Of a stretch of 64,000 bases of DNA, positions 1 to 7,933 are shown piece by piece. Source of the DNA: a virus (taxonomy: Duplodnaviria; Caudoviricetes). Location: the IMG/VR virus record IMGVR_UViG_3300025009_000098, positions 1,169 to 65,168 of that record. One strand, written 5' to 3'. The notes below the pieces were generated by a model, which ran no database searches, was not told the DNA's origin, and worked only from the letters and a program-made list of their open reading frames with translations. A program made the translations under genes and the position numbers. Within the stretch, counting starts at the first letter, position 1. The number at the start of each line of letters is the position of its first letter.

Positions 1-1483
1 GTTTCAATGCAGCGGCCTCGTCGAACAGCAGTGAGGGCATACCCATGAATCCAACCCGCAGAGACTCCTGGAACTTCGACCACCCCATTCCGTAAAAACA
101 GCCGAGCACTGAGGCTTTCCCAGCCATGCCTTCGAGCCAGAACTGGGGGAGTTTCCGGTTCACCTCATACCCGAAAATTTTTGACGCTTGGTGGTTGTAG
201 GGGTCGCCACCAGCACGGAATAGGTCGAGCAGATCCTCCTGGCCAGCCCAGTAAGCATTCTTCCGTACTTCAATCTGCCCGAGGTCACGGACGACCAGGA
301 CATGGCCGGGAGGGGCACACAGGGACTTTCTCAAGGCTCCGGATGTCGGGTCGCGGGGGTCCACCCTCCCCAGGTTCTGGGCATTCTGTTTATCGCCACC
401 GCTCCAGCGCCCGGTATGGGCACCGTAGAAGGTCAGGTACACTGGGAAGGCCCCGCGCTTGCCGATCTTGAAGAACCGTTTGCTGCGGGTTTCCTTGATC
501 GTGGACTTGATCCCGAACCGGGCCTCGACGACGGCCTGGACCTGCTCGTCTGGATGGTCAAGGAGCAATTTGAACTCCTCATCGTTCTTGCCGAAGGCGT
601 AGGCCCACGGATAGATTCGCCCGGCCTCTTTCATCTCCGCCCGCCGCTCGACTGGCAGGCCCTTTGTAACAAACGACGGCAGCAGACCGAGAGGCGGCTC
701 GCCGGCATTGTCCGGATTCACCCGGCCATCCTTCACTTTCGCTGGACTGAGTTTTTTCGGTGGGTCCACACCCAAGGTCAGGAGCAGGGCGGCGAACTTG
801 TCGTTGGAGGCCAACTCGGTTTTCTCGACCTGGCACTTCTTCAGCAGCGCCCGCTTACTGCGCCGCTCGCGCTTGTACTCCTCGACCAGCACTCCGCGCT
901 CAACCTGCAGCACCGGCTCGGTGAACATGCGGATGGTCAGATCGATCAACCGCAACTCCGAGACCGGCACCCGCCCCTTCATGGCATCGAAGGCGTCTGA
1001 GGTCAGCTCCACGTCGTTGCAACAGTAGCCGCCGAGAACATGCTGCTGCTCGTCGGTCAGGCTCCAGAGGTTGATGAAGTTGACCAGTTCATGGCCTTTT
1101 TTCCCTATACCGAGCAGGCGGGCGATGTTCGACAGACTCACCGACTCGTGCGGATACAGGGCGCGGGCCATTGATAGGGTGCAGCCCCAGAGCGCTGGGC
1201 GAATGCCTGCTCGCCAGGACATTATCGCTCCGTCAAAATGGGTATGATGAGCGATGACGTAGGACCGGTCCCAGGGGTGGGTTTTCAGGAAACGCAGGAG
1301 ATCGTCGCGTTTGTAGAGATAGAACGCCTGCTCCCTTTCGATTTTGACCCCCAGGCCATGGACCTTGAACAGTGGGTGCCTCACGTACTCCTCGGTCGTC
1401 ATCTTGGAGAGGGTAATAGCCTCTTGCGTCACTGGGTGCTTACCGTAGGCGGTTTCCCAGTCGAGGGCTGTACGGACGATCAT
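1..1483 (-). CDS. DNA polymerase family A, N-terminal part (runs off window start)
   Basis: Not in ORF track. Manual translation from ATG 1483: MIVRTALDWETAYG (ExoI), AHHTHFD (ExoII), YCCNDVELT (ExoIII), motif A VVRDLGQIEVR (~263-295), motif B EGMAGKASVLGCFYG (~89-133). Confidence 0.92.
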   Translation of the reverse strand, partial: MIVRTALDWETAYGKHPVTQEAITLSKMTTEEYVRHPLFKVHGLGVKIEREQAFYLYKRDDLLRFLKTHPWDRSYVIAHHTHFDGAIMSWRAGIRPALWGCTLSMARALYPHESVSLSNIARLLGIGKKGHELVNFINLWSLTDEQQHVLGGYCCNDVELTSDAFDAMKGRVPVSELRLIDLTIRMFTEPVLQVERGVLVEEYKRERRSKRALLKKCQVEKTELASNDKFAALLLTLGVDPPKKLSPAKVKDGRVNPDNAGEPPLGLLPSFVTKGLPVERRAEMKEAGRIYPWAYAFGKNDEEFKLLLDHPDEQVQAVVEARFGIKSTIKETRSKRFFKIGKRGAFPVYLTFYGAHTGRWSGGDKQNAQNLGRVDPRDPTSGALRKSLCAPPGHVLVVRDLGQIEVRKNAYWAGQEDLLDLFRAGGDPYNHQASKIFGYEVNRKLPQFWLEGMAGKASVLGCFYGMGWSKFQESLRVGFMGMPSLLFDEAAALK

Positions 1484-1746
1484 CTCTTCTTCCTCCGGCT
1501 CCAAGGATGCATGACTTTCTCCTTTACCGGGATGCCTGACAGTGCGAACTCGGGAGGGCAGACAACGCGCTTTACCGGGAAGTCTGAAAGCTCATCGATC
1601 CACACCTTCTGTGGTTCGGGTTCAGGCTCCTGATAAAAATCCTCGCTTTTCACAAAGACCAGTTCGGCCTCCGGTACATGCGCCCATCGCTCCCGAAGCA
1701 TCTCATGCTGCCGCTCGCTCAGTTCTCCGATTACAAGGATTTTCAT
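1480..1746 (-). CDS. hypothetical protein
   Basis: 88-aa ORF; stop overlaps the PolA start (ATGA). Confidence 0.7.
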   Translation of the reverse strand: MKILVIGELSERQHEMLRERWAHVPEAELVFVKSEDFYQEPEPEPQKVWIDELSDFPVKRVVCPPEFALSGIPVKEKVMHPWSRRKKR

Positions 1747-2033
1747 TAGTAGCTACCCTTCTTGTGCTCCGAAGCGAGTCCAGGGCTCGTTGTAGCAGTG
1801 ATGTTGAGCACTTGGACAATGGTGTCACCCTTCAGCGCCCGCAAGGTACCCAGTTTCAGGTTGCAGGCTATGCTGTGGCCTTTGGGAAAGTTCAGATGCA
1901 CAAACTCTCCTAGCTTCACTTTATCTACCTTGATATACCTCGATCCGTTGTACGCGAACGGCGCCCCATAAAGCAGGTTGCCAATCTTAATTTCATCAGA
2001 TGCTTGTGGCTTGTCTGCAATAAATTCAATCAT
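1746..2033 (-). CDS. hypothetical protein
   Basis: Start reassigned to ATG 2033 behind a GGAGAGACC RBS; translationally coupled to the next gene. Confidence 0.7.
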   Translation of the reverse strand: MIEFIADKPQASDEIKIGNLLYGAPFAYNGSRYIKVDKVKLGEFVHLNFPKGHSIACNLKLGTLRALKGDTIVQVLNITATTSPGLASEHKKGSY

Positions 2034-2223
2034 GGTCTCTCCCCTTCCGCCCATCGATGTGGGCGAGTAGTTTGTCCAGTTTTGGTCTGTACTGGTGCTG
2101 CGGTTTGACTCCGGTCTCCCAACGCTCCCAGGCAGCCTGCTTAACCCCGACGATCTCAGCCATGGCTGCCGTGGAGCGGTTGAGGGTCTTGCGGATGCGC
2201 TTGATGTCTTCTTTGGAGATCAT
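2026..2223 (-). CDS. XRE/Cro-like helix-turn-helix protein
   Basis: IKRIRKTLNRSTAAMAEIVGVKQAAWERWETG is a typical HTH_3 pattern; start at ATG 2223. Confidence 0.8.
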   Translation of the reverse strand: MISKEDIKRIRKTLNRSTAAMAEIVGVKQAAWERWETGVKPQHQYRPKLDKLLAHIDGRKGRDHD

Positions 2224-2342
2224 AGGGCACCGATAATGAACCAAATAGCCACACCCCACGCCACGACGAACGCCGCCCAGAAAATCTTGCCGGTCAGGCT
2301 CAACTCCTGGACCGGGTACTCTTCTCCGTAATCTTTTTGCAT
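2220..2342 (-). CDS. small single-TM membrane protein
   Basis: ATG 2342 with AGGAGG RBS; hydrophobic IFWAAFVVAWGVAIWFIIGAL. Confidence 0.65.
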   Translation of the reverse strand: MQKDYGEEYPVQELSLTGKIFWAAFVVAWGVAIWFIIGAL

Positions 2343-2426
2343 TTTTGGCCTCCTTCGAATTTGAGGTTTGACTGCTTCTACAGCCTTAACCCGGCCACTT
2401 GTGATGGTCGGGCGAGGGCTTAATTT

Positions 2427-2455
2427 ACTGTTACGCAATTGACGGAGGATGTCAA
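2427..2455 (-). promoter_or_regulatory. sigma70-like promoter with TTGAC-N7-GTCAA palindrome
   Basis: TTGACA-N17-AACAGT on the minus strand; inverted repeat at 2439-2455 overlaps the -35 box. Confidence 0.55.
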
Positions 2456-2482
2456 GTCCTTTTTGTGTCTGGGTTGACGGTT

Positions 2483-2854
2483 TTAATCTCCCTGCACTCG
2501 GACGATGCTTATCTTGACAGGCTCCTCAGCTTCAAGGGCAGCGTTGCATTCATCGCACCACTGTCTCGCTATGCTTCTCAGAGTTTCCCAGGCCGCATCA
2601 GTCCACCAGTATTGACGGTCCATCGTGCTGTCGCAAGGGGCGTAGTGCTGGAAATCACCATCCATCTTGCTGAGGCTATACTGATTGAACGCTGCCAGGA
2701 ACTGACTTACTCCTCCACCTTTCAACCACAGGGCGTGGTTACCGTTACTCTTCATAGTGGATTCCACCAAGGTCAAGGTGCCATCTGTGAGCCCCGCGGC
2801 TAAAAATCCTACTGTTCCTTGTGCAATACCGATCTTCTTGATTTTAATTTCCAT
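2483..2854 (-). CDS. hypothetical early protein
   Basis: 123-aa ORF with GAGGAG RBS. Confidence 0.75.
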   Translation of the reverse strand: MEIKIKKIGIAQGTVGFLAAGLTDGTLTLVESTMKSNGNHALWLKGGGVSQFLAAFNQYSLSKMDGDFQHYAPCDSTMDRQYWWTDAAWETLRSIARQWCDECNAALEAEEPVKISIVRVQGD

Positions 2855-2869
2855 GGTCTTTGATCTCCT

Positions 2870-3214
2870 CTAAAGTTGTTGTTCAAATGTCCCGTGGTCC
2901 GGGATATCTCGTAGTCTGAATGATCGGTCCTTGCCGCTCAAGGCCAACCACTCCGCACTCCCTGAGTTTTTCGCCGGCTTGCCATCTCAACAATACCCCC
3001 TCGGTGCAGGGGGGGCAAGGAGGTACTCAGACTGCCAGCCGGTGCGGGCCATGCGCTGCAGCAGGCTGTGGCGTGATGCCAGACCGACAAGCAGGGCAAG
3101 CTCGGTTGAGCCGTAAGTTTTCCCATCGTCACAGTCGAACTCCCAGGACTGCTGGCCGGAGGGGAGGGTGATCTTTCTTGGTGGGCGGATGACTCTTGAA
3201 GGTTTGGTGGTCAT
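2870..3214 (-). pseudogene. hypothetical protein interrupted by an in-frame TGA at 2987-2989 (pseudogene, sequencing error or recoding)
   Basis: Frame stays open for 38 codons after the TGA (DGKPAKNSGSAEWLALSGKDRSFRLRDIPDHGTFEQQL) and ends at TAG 2870, right at the RBS of the next gene. Confidence 0.55.
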
Positions 3215-3477
3215 TCTTCGCCACCCTCAAATACATGAAATACCAATGCGCCACCACTAAGCTGGAACGTGCCGACATACTCGCCGGGATAGTCCGGAAC
3301 AACGTGACCGGTGCCGTAGGTGCGAAACCGCCGGCGGACTTTCTGGCGCGTCGGATCTACCAGTGCCCAGATTTGCGGCTCACCGTGCTGTGTCTGCACG
3401 GTGAGCACCAGCGCCCCCGCAGGCATCTCAATTACGCAATCAGGCGTTAACATCCATTTCCAGATCATCTTTTCCAT
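3211..3477 (-). CDS. conserved phage hypothetical protein
   Basis: IWKW...MPAGALVLTVQTQHGEPQIWALVD...YGTGH...YVGTFQ...LVFHVFE resembles a widespread small phage family; AAGGAGA RBS. Confidence 0.8.
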   Translation of the reverse strand: MEKMIWKWMLTPDCVIEMPAGALVLTVQTQHGEPQIWALVDPTRQKVRRRFRTYGTGHVVPDYPGEYVGTFQLSGGALVFHVFEGGEE

Positions 3478-3647
3478 GGTCTTCAGTCTCCTTGGTAAAT
3501 GTTCTGCCTCTCGGCGGTTTTAGCCTCCAGTTTGTCGATATGCCTCGGCACTGTGATGATAAAGGCCAGGATCAACAGGGCGGCGAGGGCTGCGGCTGCG
3601 AGGGTGAGGAGGATATCGGGGATGTGCTTTTTCATAGTCTTCCCTCC

Positions 3648-3941
3648 TTACCAAATTTTAATGTCTTCAACGTGCCCCTCGCAGACGAAGACGACGAAAA
3701 AGTCCTCGGGGCGGCTCGGGTCCGTGTCGTCGGGGTCGGTGATCTCCCTGACTGCCTCCTCCTGACCCTCCCTCTGTGCGTGGTCAACGTCCACCGCCTC
3801 AACGTGGGCCATGTAGGTGTCATGCCCGTAAGCGGATGACAGGTAGTCAGGGGTGACCATCAGGACCGTATACTTTTTCATCATCGCCTTGCCCTCCCTC
3901 AAATTTTGAAATATCTGACCTACTCTTGAGTATTTGGCCAT
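3648..3941 (-). CDS. hypothetical early protein (start 3941 or 3884)
   Basis: Acidic ORF coupled to the upstream stop. Confidence 0.6.
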   Translation of the reverse strand: MAKYSRVGQIFQNLREGKAMMKKYTVLMVTPDYLSSAYGHDTYMAHVEAVDVDHAQREGQEEAVREITDPDDTDPSRPEDFFVVFVCEGHVEDIKIW

Positions 3942-4213
3942 CAGTTCAAGTCCACAAGCAGGATCTGCCCGGCCTCGATCTGCTTTTCCGTTTCCTTGGT
4001 GCTCAGGCGGGTGAAGATGTTCCGGTACTTCGCCGTGGTCCTGCTGTAGTCCCACTTGTCCTGGTCGAGCTGCAGGGGTCCACTGAACGGCGTGAAGGCG
4101 ATGACGGTCTGGTAGCTTTGGAAATAGACACCATCATCGGTGAAGATTTTGAACTGGTTGGGCACTTCGCGCCCGGTCTTGTCGGACAGCATGTTCTCGA
4201 TTTTTACTTTCAT
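3941..4213 (-). CDS. conserved phage early protein
   Basis: ATG 4213 with GAGGAG RBS; VPNQFKI...FQSYQTVIA...DKWDYSRTTAKYRNIF. Confidence 0.8.
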   Translation of the reverse strand: MKVKIENMLSDKTGREVPNQFKIFTDDGVYFQSYQTVIAFTPFSGPLQLDQDKWDYSRTTAKYRNIFTRLSTKETEKQIEAGQILLVDLN

Positions 4214-4301
4214 GGTCTGGTCTCCTCGGTTAAGTGGGTGTTTACTTCTCCTCTGACAGATCGCAAGGCCCGGCTGCCCAGGCCCTGCAGTCCGGCGAGG
4301 G

Positions 4302-4739
4302 TTAATAATCTTCCAGCGCTTTCTGCATATCTGCCAACTGCTCACGCGTGAAGGTCTTCTTGAGGTTTACGGCCTCTTCACAGCAGGTTTGATAGGTCTT
4401 GAACGCCTTCATGCTGTCAGTGTCGTATCCGTAGTTGTCGCACCATTCGTTGAACGACTGGTCGGCGGCGTCGGCATCCAGGAGGAGGGAGTGCATTATA
4501 TCGGCGTTGGTTGGTGTGGTCGGTACAGGCTCGCTCGGTACTGCCACGCCCAAACAAGGTTTTTTCTTCACGAGCCCCAGGCCGGTCTTGTAAGGAACGG
4601 TCCAGAAACCGTCCTTCTGCGTGATGACCACATTCCACAGGAAGTGGGGCCAGTCCTTGTCTTGCACCTTGCCGACATAGACTACTTGAATCGGTAAGGC
4701 GCTGAAGTCGAATCCGTTTACTATGCTGTTTTTTGTCAT
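4302..4739 (-). CDS. conserved phage early protein
   Basis: 145 aa; SLLLDA...FNEWCDNYGYDTDSMKA motif seen in phage early regions; AGGAG RBS. Confidence 0.8.
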   Translation of the reverse strand: MTKNSIVNGFDFSALPIQVVYVGKVQDKDWPHFLWNVVITQKDGFWTVPYKTGLGLVKKKPCLGVAVPSEPVPTTPTNADIMHSLLLDADAADQSFNEWCDNYGYDTDSMKAFKTYQTCCEEAVNLKKTFTREQLADMQKALEDY

Positions 4740-4769
4740 GGTGTTTGGTCTCCTGGTAAGGGGTGATTT

Positions 4770-5405
4770 TCAGTTGTCGCAGTTGGTGGAATAGTCGCCC
4801 ACGGTGTAGGCAGTGGTCTCGCCGGACAGGATAAGCCTTTCAAGCTCGGCCTTGATGTCTTCAGGGATATCCGCCTCGCCTTGGAACCCCCAGCACTCGT
4901 AAAAATCGCCGGGGGGATGCTCCGGGTCTGCCCAGTCCTCACCAATATTCTGCAGGTACGACTCGACCCATTTATTATCCTTGAGAATGGCCCACAGTCG
5001 CACCTGGGCGTTGCCGTCCTGCTCAGTCTCGGCCTTGCCCCACGCCTCGTTAATAGCGTCCTTGATGGCCTGCAGGCCCTTTGTAAACGGAATGCTTACT
5101 GACCCCGTTCCTGCCTCGTCAAAGTCGTTTGATACCGATGCCTCGCAGACAATGCTCTCGCCAGTGTAGGTAATGCGAGCTGAGGCTATTTCCTTCTTGC
5201 TGCCATACCACCCGGTTGTGAAGGGTTGCCCGGCTGCCAGTGCTTCGACTATTGCTTCCTCGACCTTCGGATACCAGTCAGTAAGGCCGTGGTGTGAGCC
5301 GTCGCCTACGATCTCCAGCTTGGGGAAATCCATCTCGAAGTCATCGTCGTCATCATCCCAAGGCGACGCGGTTTTCCATTGGTCGTATCCGTTTAGTCCT
5401 GACAT
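4770..5405 (-). CDS. acidic hypothetical protein
   Basis: 211 aa, N-terminal YDQWKTASPWDDDDDD; GAGGAG RBS. Confidence 0.75.
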   Translation of the reverse strand: MSGLNGYDQWKTASPWDDDDDDFEMDFPKLEIVGDGSHHGLTDWYPKVEEAIVEALAAGQPFTTGWYGSKKEIASARITYTGESIVCEASVSNDFDEAGTGSVSIPFTKGLQAIKDAINEAWGKAETEQDGNAQVRLWAILKDNKWVESYLQNIGEDWADPEHPPGDFYECWGFQGEADIPEDIKAELERLILSGETTAYTVGDYSTNCDN

Positions 5406-5407
5406 GG

Positions 5408-5824
5408 CTAAATCTCCTCTTGTTCTTGTTTGAGTTTCTGTACCAGACCCCTGAGCGTGTGCAACATGCTACGCGGGACTGGCGACTGGTTATTTTCCCA
5501 TCTGTTCCAGGTGATGCGGCTGACTCCCAACAGGGAGGCGGCTGCGTCTTGTGTTAAGTTAAAAGCTCGCCGAAAAGCGGTAAGGTGGGCCGGAGTAGCC
5601 ACGGGCTGATTAGCCTCAGCTGCGGCCCTGGCCTCGCGTGCTGCGACGATGCGCGGGACATCGACCTTGTTTTTCATCTCCACGAAATCCGCAATCCTGG
5701 GCGGGACGGTTTCGGACTTCTCCATGGAGTACCAGACTGAAGGCTGGCGGTTAAACTGCCTGGCGGCCTCTTTTACACTCCAGCCAATCGCTTTTCGTAT
5801 TTGTTTCAATTCTGATCCGGTCAT
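5408..5824 (-). CDS. tandem double-HTH transcriptional regulator
   Basis: Two XRE-type HTHs (ELKQIRKAIGWSVKEAARQF and LTAFRRAFNLTQDAAASLLGVSRITWNRWE). The track's TTG start at 5905 is the -35 box; ATG 5824 preferred. Confidence 0.8.
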   Translation of the reverse strand: MTGSELKQIRKAIGWSVKEAARQFNRQPSVWYSMEKSETVPPRIADFVEMKNKVDVPRIVAAREARAAAEANQPVATPAHLTAFRRAFNLTQDAAASLLGVSRITWNRWENNQSPVPRSMLHTLRGLVQKLKQEQEEI

Positions 5825-5875
5825 GGTGTCGGTCCCCCTATTACTCTTTGTATCATTCTGTGTCGCTGTTTCTTT

Positions 5876-5905
5876 CTTATATCGTGTTTTTTGAGTGTTT
5901 GTCAA
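5876..5905 (-). promoter_or_regulatory. sigma70-like promoter
   Basis: TTGACA-N18-TATAAG with an AT-rich upstream element. Confidence 0.65.
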
Positions 5906-5972
5906 GCGGTTTACGTGAAAAAGATTTTATTATCTGGTTCTGCGTAGTTGGCTCGTTTCTTGGAAAATATCC

Positions 5973-6743
5973 AATAAAAACGTACAAGTATGAACGGTTT
6001 TAAATAAAAGTTACCGGGCGTACACATCTAAATGAATAATATCCTATACTTAAGGCATTGGCACTTGTGAAAAATAAAGTTAATGCTCAACCTTAGTGGT
6101 TTGATCGGAACCGGATGTTACATTGGGCTTTGGTGTAGGGTGTCCAGGCCATCGTGTAACATCGCATTCCGAAGAAAAGGCAAAAAGTATTCAGTGCTTA
6201 TCTTTTTTTTTGATACTACTACTACTATACTATTTTAAGAATATATATATATAGGACTTCATTAGTTTTTTCTCTCAGGGCTGGCATCCCGCCACCTGTG
6301 CAAAACCCCCCCAATCACGGTTTTGCGTCAATTTACCTTGTAAAAAGGTCGTTTTTACCTCCAAAAACACTACAAAATGTATCACGCTATTACACAAAAA
6401 CTGCACAGAACAGCCTCAACTATCAGTTTGACTGATGAGCGTCGGCTTTGACCTCCTCGTCTCGCCTTGCCTCGACGACCTCCGAGCGAAAGTTTTTGAC
6501 CTCCTCCGGCCCGACTTGCGACACGGTTTAGCCTGCCCTAACGATTTTTTCACACAACTTTTCACTTCGGCTTCGACCTCCGAAAAACGGCGTTTCGTGC
6601 ATTTTACCCCCTAAGTGCTGTAAAGTCCTACTCTGTAGTAGAAATCCTTATACTAAAGTCGTGTAATAGCCTGATACATACATTTCAAATTGCCGGTTTT
6701 GCAGGTTACTTGTACGGCTTTTGTAATAAAACCGTACAAGTAA
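5973..6743. other. structured non-coding region: candidate replication origin and/or ncRNA
   Basis: No ORF. AT-rich tract with T9, (TAC)n and (TA)n; nested inverted repeats; GACCTCC repeats; 18-nt direct repeat at both ends. Confidence 0.55.
6706..6743. repeat. perfect 12-bp inverted repeat TTACTTGTACGG / CCGTACAAGTAA
   Basis: Arms at 6706-6717 and 6732-6743; half-site recurs at 5981-5990. Confidence 0.85.
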
Positions 6744-6763
6744 GGTCGTTTCCAGTGTGTCAG

Positions 6764-7057
6764 TTATTCCCCTTTTTCGGCTGTAACCTCGATACCGCTA
6801 AGGAAAGCGGTCATCCAGGTATACAGCTGCCGTTTCGTGCCGTATCCATCGGTTGATATCCTTCGAACCCCTCCGCCATCCGTCTGGATCTCCTCCAGGG
6901 CGACACCGCCGTACGCGCCCGAGATATGAAAATTGCCAAGGTTGGCCTTAAACTTCCCGTTTTCATCCTTGCCGTATGGCGTCTCGGGCCGGTTGAGCGC
7001 TCGGTTGATCCTGGATACAAGGTGTTCAAGATCTTTCTGTGTTATTCTTTGGCTCAT
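6764..7057 (-). CDS. conserved phage early protein
   Basis: RITQKDLEHLVSRIN...GNFHISGAYGGVAL...GGGV...TKRQLY pattern typical of phage early genes. Confidence 0.8.
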   Translation of the reverse strand: MSQRITQKDLEHLVSRINRALNRPETPYGKDENGKFKANLGNFHISGAYGGVALEEIQTDGGGVRRISTDGYGTKRQLYTWMTAFLSGIEVTAEKGE

Positions 7058-7176
7058 ATCTTCACCTCAAAAATATAGAAATAAACAGTCTGCAGCCTGG
7101 CCGATACCGACAAACGGAAATAGCCAGGTTGCACCATTAATCGCTTGAGTGCTTGGCTTATCAATATGTGTCTCAT
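7054..7176 (-). CDS. small hypothetical protein
   Basis: ATGA overlaps with neighbours on both sides. Confidence 0.45.
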   Translation of the reverse strand: MRHILISQALKRLMVQPGYFRLSVSARLQTVYFYIFEVKI

Positions 7177-7544
7177 TTGATCACCCGTACAGACTTGAAA
7201 GGTTTGTAAGACACTGCCATACCAGACAGCGACCGGGATGAGTGTATTTGTAAGTGGCAAGGCATGAACCCAGTAGACTTGCCGACATTGAACCTATACG
7301 GCTTGCCTCCGTCCGATACTTCGACGCGGTGACCTTCAAGGCCAATTAATGAAGGGTTCAACCAAGCGCTTGACCGCCATCCGGTTTCCGCATTCTTTTT
7401 CCGCGCTATCTCCTGCAGATCAGTATAATAACCGTACAAGGCCATTAATTCATTTTCTGCAGGCGGTACGGGCACAGGCATATTCAACTCAATAGCTAAG
7501 CGCTTTGTAATGTCAAAACAGACATCGATTGATAAGATTTTCAT
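7173..7544 (-). CDS. conserved phage early protein
   Basis: ATG 7544 with AGGAGG RBS; LIGLEGHRVEV...RFNVGKSTGFMPCHL. Confidence 0.75.
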   Translation of the reverse strand: MKILSIDVCFDITKRLAIELNMPVPVPPAENELMALYGYYTDLQEIARKKNAETGWRSSAWLNPSLIGLEGHRVEVSDGGKPYRFNVGKSTGFMPCHLQIHSSRSLSGMAVSYKPFKSVRVIK

Positions 7545-7560
7545 AGTCGTATCCTCCTGA

Positions 7561-7806
7561 TTAAATATTGAATTTGTTTTTACATTCGTCGTCAAGCGCT
7601 TCGCCATACTCATAAGCCATTATGCACGAGCTGCAGAGCTTAATGTCGTAATGCTCCCAGGTATTCGTTGAAGCATTAAAGAAAGATGCTTTTGATTCAT
7701 AGCAGTTATTACCGAGATGATTATTGCAGTTGTCGCAACCACTCCAATAAAATCCCGCTTCCTCTTCTGACCATAATGCTGTGATGGTATCGTCGTTAAT
7801 CTTCAT
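7561..7806 (-). CDS. small Cys-rich early protein (first gene of the early arm)
   Basis: ATG 7806 with AAGGAG RBS; CDNC and CSSC pairs. Confidence 0.7.
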   Translation of the reverse strand: MKINDDTITALWSEEEAGFYWSGCDNCNNHLGNNCYESKASFFNASTNTWEHYDIKLCSSCIMAYEYGEALDDECKNKFNI

Positions 7807-7854
7807 AGTCGTATCTCCTTTTGTTTGGTGGTTTACAATCAAACTGTATAATTT

Positions 7855-7883
7855 AGTGTAAGGGACGTAACATAAAGATGCAA
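7855..7883 (-). promoter_or_regulatory. early sigma70-like promoter
   Basis: TTGCAT-N17-TACACT directly upstream of the first early gene. Confidence 0.7.
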
Positions 7884-7933
7884 GGTTTTATTGCGTGATT
7901 GACGTTTTTATTTGTTACTCGGTTTACATGATT

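Noticed and set aside
181-1633. Plus-strand ORFs at the window start
   Set aside because: Antisense shadows of the GC3-rich PolA gene, which the track missed because it runs off the edge.
2026-5824. Lysogeny module (cI/cro switch, integrase)
   Set aside because: HTH genes are co-oriented, lack a peptidase S24 domain, and no recombinase or att-like context is visible.
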